This document shows, piece by piece, positions 1-9,500 of a stretch of 41,594 nt of DNA (positions are counted from its first letter, which is position 1; each line of letters opens with the position of its first letter). Below the pieces are notes generated by a model. It worked only from the letters and a program-made list of their open reading frames with translations, did no database searches and was not told the origin of the DNA. Location: assembly GCA_002633005.1 (NCBI GenBank), contig NMRA01000013.1:1-41594 (forward strand). The letters are read 5' to 3'. The stretch comes from Phoronis australis (Eukaryota; Animalia; Phoronida). A program made the position numbers and the translations under genes.

Positions 1-1036
1 GGCTGAGGCCCGCCTAAGTGCTACGCCGGAGCCTACACGCGCCGCCTTCAGCGGCTGGGCTGAGGCCCGCCTAAGTGCTACGCCGGAGCCTACACGCGCC
101 GCCTTCAGCGGCTGGGCTGAGGCCCGCCTAAGTACTACGCCGGAGCCTGCCTGCGCCACCTTCGACGGCTGGGCTGAGGCTGACAAGAGTGCTACGCCGG
201 AGCCTGCCTGCGCCGCCTTCAGCGGCTGGGCTGAGGCCTGCCTAAGTGCTACGCCGGAGCCTGCCTGCGCCGCATTCCGCGGCTGGGCTGAGGCCCGCGT
301 AAGTGCTACGCCGGAGCCTGCCTGCACCGCCTTCGGCGGCTGGGCTGAGGCCCGCCTAAGTGCTACGCCGGAGCCTGCCTACGCCGCCTTTGGCGGCTTG
401 GCTGAGGCCCGCCTAAGTGCTACGCCGGAGCCTTCCTGCGCCGCCTTCAGCGGCTGGGCTGAGGCTGCCTAAGTGCTACGCCGGAGCCTGCCCGCGCCGC
501 CATTGGCGGCTTCGCTGACACCCGCCTAAGTGCTACGCCGGAGCCTACCCGCGCCGCCTTCGCCGGCTGGGCTGAGGCCTGCCTAAGTGCTACGCCGGAG
601 CCTGCCTGCGCCGCCTTCGGCGGCTTGGCTGAGGCCCGCCTAAGTGCTACGCCGGAGCCTGCCCGCGCCGCCTTCGGCGGCTGGGCTCAGGCCTGATTTA
701 GTGCTACGTTGGAGCCTGCCCGCGCCGCATTCAGCGGCTGGGCTGTGGCCCGCCTAAGTACTATGCCGGAGCCTGCCCGCGCCGCCTTCGGCGGCTGGGC
801 TGAGGCCCGCCTAAGTGCTACGCCGGAGCCTGCCCGCATCGCCTTCGGCGGCTGGGTTGAGGCCCACTTTAGTGCTACGCCGGAGCCGGCCAGCACCGCC
901 TTTGACGGCTGGGCTGAGGCCCGCCTAAGTGCTACATCGGAGCCTGCCTGCACCGCCTTTGGCGGCNCCGCCTTCGGCGGCTTGGCTGAGGCCCGCCTAA
1001 GTGCTACGCCCGAGCCTGCCTGCGCCGCCTTCGGTG
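1..1036. repeat. 57-bp GC-rich tandem repeat (minisatellite), ~18 units, runs off the window start
   Basis: The unit GGCTGAGGCCCGCCTAAGTGCTACGCCGGAGCCTGCCTGCGCCGCCTTCGGCGGCTG recurs with period 57. Each unit contains the hairpin GCCGCC-TTC-GGCGGC. Confidence 0.97.
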
Positions 1037-1356
1037 CTCCTTAATTATGTTCTTGAATATTTGGAAATTGTCTAAGCCCCTGTATACACACCACACTTTT
1101 TCGTATACGACTTTTCGTATGCTAAAAAAGGTGTGTGTAAGCAGATGTTCCAACAAAAATTTTTTTCTGGTGGCGTGACTCATACCCAGATGTGCACAAT
1201 GGTTTCACGAAACTTATGTGCCAAGTTCATGTGACGAAATCGAGAACGGTTTTTAATTATCTTAAGAAAAACTCCAGAGACATGTTAAGTGACAGAAACT
1301 TACCAAGATGCATGGAAATTTTACTATTTGGCTACAAAAACAAAAAATATCTTACA

Positions 1357-1469
1357 CGGGAGGGGAAACCCCCCTCCCGACCTCCCCTCGCTCGGTGCTA
1401 CGCGCCTAGGATTCGACCTTGGCGGGAATCCTAAACCCCCCCTTGCTGAAAACGTAGATCCGCCACTGC
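1357..1469. mobile_element. 3' part of a short GC-rich non-autonomous DNA element ending GATCCGCCACTG
   Basis: The terminus ...GTAGATCCGCCACTG resembles the CAGTGGCGGAT ends of the MITEs at 17240, 29224, 30179 and 40996. The other end was not found. Confidence 0.45.
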
Positions 1470-2204
1470 ACATGGTTGTTCGAACACTCTGCGCTCAGAT
1501 ATCAATAGTCCGAATACCTATCGTCTTCAGGCTCCAAAGGTCGTCCGCCATCTTCTTTCGCGTGCAGCGCAGCCACGCGGGACTTAGCGGTCCAATTTGG
1601 AGTGCTCGTCTGCACGTTAGGTACTAACCTCTCGGGAAAAACACGCATGGAAGAACTGAGACTAAAATTAATGCATTTACCGACTGTTTTTTTGAGACCA
1701 CTCAAAAACTTGTAGATTTTACTAATGCACTTTTTGTTCATTTTCAGAAGATATTTTCGAAATTAAATTTTCTTCAGACGGAACAAAAACCTACCCAGAT
1801 ATTGTTTATGCAATGTATCTATTTGTCCCAGGCACCAACCGACACCCGTTAGGCCAAAGGAAAAACGCAGCAGACAAATAGAACACGCTGGGTGCTTAAC
1901 AGTTTCGGCCCACGCCTAATTGGTCATCAAAATATTGTCCACTTATTTTTTATTGCAAAACAAAGTACTGAGCTCAACATTTATGTTGAAATTTTTGGTT
2001 AAAGCATTTTGAATTTATTTGAAGGAAATTAAAATACTTGAATTGATAGGGAATGGCCACCAATAAAGTAAAACATTGACTTTATTTCACTATATTGCAT
2101 TGTTACATACAACACAGCATGACATAATCAAAAATAAAAGAAGAGATTGAGCAATAAAATGCAAATACAACTTTATTTATGATTGCAGAAGCCTGTTAAA
2201 GGTG

Positions 2205-2340
2205 NNNNNNNNNNNNNNNNNNNNNNNNNNNNNNNNNNNNNNNNNNNNNNNNNNNNNNNNNNNNNNNNNNNNNNNNNNNNNNNNNNNNNNNNNNNNNNNN
2301 NNNNNNNNNNNNNNNNNNNNNNNNNNNNNNNNNNNNNNNN
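2205..2340. other. Assembly gap (N run)
   Basis: Run of n bases directly abutting a second block of the 57-bp repeat. Confidence 0.99.
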
Positions 2341-2480
2341 TGGGCTGAGGCCCGCCTAAGTGCTACGCCGGAGCCTGCCTGCGCCGCCTTCGGCGGCTGG
2401 GCTGAGGCCAGCCTAAGTGCTACGCCGGAGCCTGCCTGGGCCGCCTTCGGCGGCTGGACTGAGGCCCGCCTAAGTGCTAC
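2341..2480. repeat. Second block of the 57-bp repeat (~2.5 units visible after the gap)
   Basis: Same unit sequence as 1-1036. Confidence 0.95.
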
Positions 2481-4105
2481 CATAACGCGGAGTTGTCGTG
2501 AGGACTTGATTGGGACCTTAGGGGTCTCACGCTCCACCGGCTAATTTCCAAAGGCTTTGTCGAGTTGTGGGTCATAAATCGAGATAATGATACCAACAGC
2601 TGACGCGACAAGCAGAACTACTTTCGTTTACTTCATTTGTTCACTAACTGGAGAAATTTAGAATTACACTTTTAAACACTATCCGATCGTCAACTTTTTT
2701 CGGGAGAATTAAATCTCAATGTAGTTTGCGCAAAGTCGATGTGCAATTTTTATAGGTGTATTGACGATGATCAACGTTAAAAGCAAGTGCAAATAAGTGC
2801 GTAATTGATCATCCAATCGGTAGCTTTGCGAGGAAGCGACGACCTTGCCGAAATTGAATAACGGAAACCCTTGAAAATCATTATAAGCGAGAAAGAGAAA
2901 ACAAATATTTTCTGACGTTTAGGCTCATTAACTTTGAGTAAACGAAACGTCGCAAATATATTCCGTCTTCTCTTGCGCGCTCATAATCAGATTCCTGTAA
3001 CTAGTGTTATAGCCAAAAACCGAGTTTGGAAACATCTAGACTAAAATCTTGATGGTATCTTATTTTGCCAGCGACCATACACGGTATAAAAATGAATGAA
3101 AAGCTGAATTAGGCAAAACTTGACTTGCTGGAATTCTCGTCAAGGAACGCATAAATATCACCATTGCCAACTGAAACTCGAGGGGGAGGGCACGAACCTT
3201 ACATCCTGGTACGCGTTAACGAACTTCAAGAAATAGAGCATGGCGGAGTGTTTGAAAGAGCCAAAATCCATCCAAGTCGAAGTGGTCATAACGGAGCGAT
3301 ATGGAGATTTAAAATGACGTGATTTATCCATTTTTTCAGTGAGTTGCTGTGTACCTAAATTAACAGGCACAGAAAAAATGACTTAGGCCAACAGTACGAT
3401 TTTCTGAAACGTACCTCAGCGAAATCGTCAAAGAAAAAAGCGCCACTTGCCACCTAAAACGGACAAAAACAACCAAAGCGCGCAACGCGTCGCTTGCCTG
3501 AAAAAGTAACTCTTTCACTTGTTTTTTGTGGTTAGACATGTGATGTGTACCCATATTTTTGGTCGTGGCCCGCTACAACGGGCTACTACTTCAAATGACA
3601 CGCATATATTGACGATGTCAAAATTTAACTGCCCCACCGGTTCCCAGGGTTTCATGTTTTGTAATTTAAAATTATTGCATAAACTTAGGAATAAATGCAA
3701 GTTACAGGCACTGCATTCACAAAGAGTAAGAAAACAAAAACCCAGGGGCATACGATCACCTTGCTTTAACAATACATTGTGTGCATTCCACATAACTAGT
3801 AGGCCACTCTTCAGATTAGTGCTTGCGCAATGAAAATAACAGTAAGATTTCGGAATAGTGTAATATACATGTAAATTGTACATGAGAATTTCAAACGTTA
3901 AACAGTACACACCATGGAATTTTGCACATTTTGAATTACCGGTGGCCACAGACTAAATGTATGACATAAAATTTAGCTAAACCCATGTTTATTTTGTGTA
4001 ATTAGCTCGAAATTTTGATTTTTCTTTCAATTTTGCCAATTTTCACATTTCCCGCCATGTGACGTCATGGGTTGAACACAAGAGATCAGTGACTAGCATT
4101 GAACA

Positions 4106-4373
4106 ATGGCGGAGAGCAGTGAATTTGAAAGCGACGACGATTATGAGCAAGAATTAAATAAATACTATGAAGAAACGTACGGGAATGGTGGCCAGGATGA
4201 GGAAATGGGGTTGCACGAAAGCGAGAACAAGTTTGATGTCCTTCCGGCTGCGTACTTTTCTACTTTGAGCCTTACGAACTGGATCCTCCCGCGAGAGAAG
4301 CGGCCTCGGGCTCGGCGAGTCAACCCAGTCATCCAACAGACGATCCTGAATTAAGAGCCGATGTTTCTGAATG
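4106..4373 (+). pseudogene. KolX-like (Kolobok accessory protein) N-terminal fragment, frameshifted
   Basis: Acidic start MAESSEFESDDDYEQE... After a frameshift near 4255 it reads FYFEPYELDPPAREAASGSASQPSHPTDDPELRADVSE*. This is the same acidic + 'YxFEP' layout as the KolX fragment of element B. Confidence 0.6.
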
Positions 4374-4384
4374 ATAAATATTGT

Positions 4385-4630
4385 CCTTTATTGAACCAGG
4401 CCTTCATCGTAACATCTCCTGTGACTGGAGTTGAAACACGAGTCCTCAAAGTGGGCAAAACACAGAGTGGCCCCGGACCGAATCGCTTGGTCCACGATGA
4501 GGTCCCACACTCTCGTTCGGCGCACGAAGCGATGTCACTTCAGCGCAACTTTGGTGTCCTTCGGAACACCGAGACGTTCTCCGCCTGTCTGCTGTTGCTG
4601 CAGCCTCCGGCAACATATCTTTTGATCCCT
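4385..4630 (-). pseudogene. THAP domain of a Kolobok transposase, disrupted
   Basis: The minus strand reads IKRYVAGGCSNSRQAENVSV/FPKDTKVALK*HRFVRRTRVWDLIVDQAIRSGATLCFAHFEDSCF. This is the THAP C2CH signature (C..C, FP, W, CxxHF) with one frameshift, a W>stop and a C>Y change. Absent from the ORF track. Confidence 0.85.
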
Positions 4631-5091
4631 CTACGAACCTTCTCGACGCTAAATGTACTTTGCTTTCACTTCACTCTATACACTTGGTCTCTGATCCGAA
4701 CAGTATGGCGAACGACTTGGGTTCAACCCATGACGTTGTACATAATTATTATTTTTTTCAATTTTTGCGTGTTTCTTTATGAGCTGTGCACTAAAGGCAC
4801 TGAAATCAAGTAAGATATAATAATAAAATTTATTTTGAGGTACTAGAGTCATGTTGTGTACACTTTAACATGACTAGTTGTTCACACTATGGGAAAAGCA
4901 ATAAGGGACACAGACACTAGCGATGATAAACTCTTCAGTATAAATATTACACTTCACAGGACGAGCAAAACATGCACTAAGCACTGTTGAGATAACCTAC
5001 CGAAATCTTTGAAACTAACAATTATAAACTCTGCAATATAAACAATACACTTTATACAATGAACATGTAACAAATATACACACCCAAATAG

Positions 5092-5168
5092 TGGGGCCCG
5101 CCTAAGTGCTACGCCGGAGCCTGCCTGCGCCGCCTTCGGCGGCTGGGCTGGGGCCCGCTTAAGTGCTA
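5092..5168. repeat. Isolated ~1.3 units of the 57-bp repeat
   Basis: GGGGCCCGCCTAAGTGCTACGCCGGAGCCTGCCTGCGCCGCCTTCGGCGGCTGGGCTGGGGCCCGCTTAAGTGCTA. Confidence 0.9.
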
Positions 5169-5430
5169 ATCACTGTTTACAGCCAACTGTTATGTCATAT
5201 ATCCTATAAGCGGCGTCCCCCCTTTCGCACGGGATCTGGACAACTATATAGATAATCAGCAAATTACCAGTATGCTTTAATTAGATGCAGTAAATAAGTA
5301 GACGCAGAGGTTGACCAGTAGTGAAATATATCAATAAAAATAGAAAAATCCGGAACCCTAGCTGGGTATCGAACCAAAGGTCTCTAGATTACCGGGTCTT
5401 CAGTATCTCAGTGGTGGGAGCACGGGACAG
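5163..5430 (-). repeat. tRNA-derived interspersed repeat, homologous to 7638-7961
   Basis: The reverse complement reads TTTGGTTCGATACCCAGCTAGGGTTCCGGATTTTTC...CTGGTCAACCTCTGCGTCTAC...CAGTTGGCTGTAAACAGTGATTAGCAC and aligns to the 237-bp unit. It has a B-box-like GGTTCGA. An A-box-like GTATCTCAGTGGTGGGAGCAC lies on the + strand at ~5403. Confidence 0.75.
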
Positions 5431-6457
5431 AGAAAAAGAAATTTTTGAAAATGACTAATGAGCTTAAAATTTCATGATGCCGAAAGAGACAATTTATCTG
5501 TTACAAGAACTTGAGGACCACAAACGTGCTCAATTCACTGTAAAAGGAGGTACTTTTAATCTTTGGGAATACCTTGTCCCTGGAAACATACTCGAAATCA
5601 AAACTCAAATTTATTTCTTTGCTTTACTGGATAACTGTTTATTTCATCTTAACAAAACTGAAGTGTCACAGTTACTGCCCGCATATCGAAAACATCATTC
5701 ACAATGATAATAACAAAAATATATAAAGGACGATTACTCTACAAGACACATAACAACATCCTGTATCAAACACGCATGAAAACAAACAGGCATGAAGGCT
5801 ATTAGATAATTCAAATTTGAGTTTGCTATTATAAACGAAAGTGGATAATATACATGTAACTATATGAAAAGTATTCATATCTAAATTAAGAAGATGCAAA
5901 CCATAAAGCAAATTTGAAGCACGTTGATGGTTGGGTAAGGTGTTGTAATTGGAGGTGACATCAATATTTAAATCAAGGGAAGGAAGTGATCGAAATGAAC
6001 TAGATGATTGTCGGGATATTTAAGAAAATGATTTCTGTATTTCTTATCCCACTTTTCCTTGCGCGCGCGTATTAGTGTTCACAATACAACTAAAATACAC
6101 AACGTACGGTGTAAGCAAAATACTTGTGTTCAAATGAGCTCCAAAGCAAGATTGTATAGTAGTGCTAAGAAAACCTACACTAAATTGGTAATGCAAACTG
6201 ATCACAAAAGGAAAGCCCTGCACGAAAACATTATAACTGCGATATTTTGTAAACTTAATTGAAAGCGCCGTTCACCCAACTTCTTTCGTTTTCAATCTTT
6301 TTTCTTATTGTCCAACTAAACCGGAAATTATTGGGTGTGAATGGTGGGGGGGGGGGTAGCACCCCCCCAGAAATTACCACCTGGATGTGGGTTTTGCAGC
6401 ACGTTGATCATAATTGTGTGCCGATCGTCATACCAAGTCAGTTCCTAAGCCTCCAAC

Positions 6458-6509
6458 ATGCCAGGTGTGGCCAACAGCGATGAAGAATCTATCCCGTTAT
6501 CTAACCTAG
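6458..6509 (+). CDS. SLC38A7: SLC38A7-like coding exon 1 (MPGVANSDEESIPLSNL-G), tentative
   Basis: CCAACATG start context and donor CTAG|GTAAGT. Its 52 nt leave phase 1, matching the exon at 18004. I have no homology support for so short a segment. Confidence 0.6.
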
Positions 6510-9500
6510 GTAAGTAAAGTTTAATAATACGATTTGATAAAATGTGTAGTGTAGTACTAGCATACACATGTACGTCAGAGGGTCAAAGCCAGCAAAGAAT
6601 TTTAAAAGCACCTTCGAGTGTGCACCTTTTATAACGACCATTTATTAAGGAAGGACACACAATAAGAAGCCAATTTTACATCTGTATTACTGGCCCTTCC
6701 ATTGATTTTGTTGTCGAACTCCTAAATGATTTGTTAGAACAATTTGATCGTTCTGACTTGAATGGGAGACAATTCAGAACACTCTGTGCTTGCAATTTCT
6801 ATTTTAGTAATAAGTATGAGAACAGACGTTGATGAAAAAATTACGATTTTTGAAGACAATCGAAACCCACACCTTCGTGTAAATTATCAATACTATAATT
6901 TCATTACGAATGGTGGAATTCTTCAATACTATTTCATCGCCATGGGGAAATAGGATCCTTGTTCATAGCATAACATAAAATTTTTAATTCCTCGTCAATT
7001 GCTGATCATGTTTATTTTTTTAATCACAAAAGTCGCCCAACTACAACCGAAGTTAAGACAATCTATTCTGTCCGAACGTACTAACGCACTGGGTTTGACT
7101 GAGTTCAAACGTGGTCGGTAATAAGCCTGTATGTAAGACAATTGGCCTGCATGTTGTCCTGGCCAGACAAAAGACTGATTTAGTAACAGTGGTCAAAGTT
7201 TTTCACATTCATTTCATATGATTCAGTACAAATCAAATTGGGCTTGGTCAGTAATCTTGTGTTTTCTGATGTCACTGCATTCACAAATTGTCACGTAGCC
7301 TAATGATGCGTGTGTACCTCAAATAATCAAATGTTTCCATGATAAAAAATTTGCTGACTCTACCTCCGCTCAAACGTTTTGTAAACTATCTTGGTCGTAA
7401 CTAGTAACGGCGCTGAGAAGGCTTGTGCTTTCACAACACAAAGGGCTAGATATGACTGGGTAAAACTTCACACATTTTTTGCTAACTCGTGATATACTTC
7501 AGTGTCACTATGTAGCAGTGCGGAACAACAATACTAAATCCTACCAAAAATTCCGTATACAGGCCATGACATTATGTACAGGCGAAGTATACTTAATATA
7601 TAACCATGGGTTTGTATTCGACTTCAAAGTTTATACTGTGGTTCGACTCTCAGTTGGGGTTCCTGATTTTTCTGTGTTTATTTGATATATTTCATTGCTG
7701 GCCAACCTCAGCGTCTATATATTTACTATATCTAGTTAACACATACTGGTGAATTGCTGATTGTATATATACAATTGTCCATATCCTGTGTGAAAAAGGC
7801 GAAACGCCACTCATGGGATATATGATTCAACAGTTGGGTGTAAACAGTAATTGCACAGATAGTGGTGAGAACTTTGGTTCGACTCCCAGTTGGGGTTCCT
7901 GATTTTTCGGTGTTTATTTGAAAAATTTCATTGCTGGTCAACCTCTGCGTCTATATATTTAAGATATTTATAATGACATACAGCTTCAACTTGCCGATTG
8001 TTAAAAAAACAACATTTCTCATAGTGTCTTAAGGGACCACCATTTCTAAATACAATTATTTTGGTTTTCTTTAAATTCACACCAATACCCCATGAATCAC
8101 AATAATCATTGAGACAATTCAAAATACGTTTGAAGTTAGACGCTGGTAGAGAGCACAGAACCATGTCATCTGCATATAATGGTGAATTAATATTTGTAGC
8201 ATGCTCATCTACATGTAAGTAGATGCTATTTACAACTGTATATCACTACGTGAGTTGAAGAATTTTTCTAAAAACTTGACATTCAAGCCCTAGATGTTGT
8301 GTAATTTACGGTGCTTTGGTACAAATAAACAAGCATTCATCAACACACGATTTTGAAAAAATGTGTTTTTGCTCATTTTAAAAATACCGCAACAGATGCC
8401 AAAACTGCCCCTGGGTGGGCCTAACGTGCCCGGGCCGGGGCAAGTTGGGCCTCCCCGAAGGTGTACATTTTAAAACGAAAATTGCTGCAAGACAGGTGCA
8501 CTTACATCGCTCGAATTTGCACTACATATTGGCTGACAGACCACTCTTCTCGCATAGCGCTTATGAATGAACCAACTTAAATAATTTCCACAGTATTACA
8601 CTTTTTTCGAAAAAAGGTCGAACTATTCTCGGTCTCCCCACACTGGTGCATGGTCAATAATCAACGTTTTCCTAATGCCTGTGGCGAGTAAAGCACCACG
8701 GAATTTCACGACCACACACCCCTTCTGAATTATATAAACTCCTCTCCTTTTGTATACATGTACTTCATCACATCGCGTTCCACGAGCGCACCCATATTTT
8801 AACAATTCTTCGTTTCTCATCTGTCATCCTTTTATTTCACTGCATAGACGAAAACGACGTTGTTCGTTAGATGTTTATTTTTAAATTATATCTGATATTT
8901 ATCCATTAAATAGAGTTTATTGTTTTTGCGGCAAAAATGATGCAATTTTGGATTATTGCTGGATGGGATAGAGTACCTGAAGTTATTAGTTATGAAAGAG
9001 CAACAGAACAATTAAAATCCGTTGTATTTTTGTTACTTTAATTCACACTGCCAATTTTCACCGTTGTCTGGCAGACATTCACTAAAATCTAAGCCGGTGA
9101 CTTTACCGATTAAATGGCTTTAAAGGCGAAGGCAACCTTTTTCCATGTCATTTTGAGCTAAAATAAGGTTGGTTGGTTATCCTAGACATATTTTCTACTA
9201 AATTACAGCTTTTCGTAATTTTATTAATTACTCGTCCGCTACTGCGGAAGTGACGTTTTAGGAGGCAAGCATTTCGCGCCAAATTCTTTACATATAGTAT
9301 GACTGTGAGAGCTGCCGAGTCAGTCATTGTTCTACCTCGGTTGTGTCACGTTCCGTCGTCGTTTGCTTTCATTTACTAGTCAGTCAACATGCCACACTGT
9401 TGCTGCGTACCGGAATGTACTAATTAGCGGCTCACGCGCGCTTTGGGAGTACCTTTGCATCGCTTTCCGATGGATGACACACTTCGCCGTACTTGGCTCG

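Larger units (their letters stand above)
3902..4864. mobile_element. Kolobok-type DNA transposon, internally deleted (element A, ~960 bp)
   Basis: TTAA at 3898-3901 and 4865-4868. Imperfect ~15-bp TIRs (ACAGTACACACCATG vs reverse complement of right end AGTGTACACAACATG). Subterminal inverted motif ACGTCATGGGTTGAAC near 4062 and 4721. Contains convergent KolX-like (+) and THAP (-) remnants. Confidence 0.8.

Noticed and set aside
1-1036. CRISPR-like array
   Set aside because: Units are contiguous with no unique spacers, the context is eukaryotic and there are no cas genes.
687-1044. ORFs with 19-aa repeats (both strands, also 2196-2537)
   Set aside because: A by-product of a 57-bp (3n) GC-rich satellite. 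Open on both strands, with indels in some units and no splice or start context.
1500-1800. Possible small spliced transcript (CCGCCATCTT motif, AG|GTACTA at 1621, TTTTCAG at 1748)
   Set aside because: No recognisable protein on either side, so the signals alone are insufficient.
7850-7900. Functional tRNA gene
   Set aside because: A B-box is present but no complete cloverleaf can be folded. It is part of a repeat.
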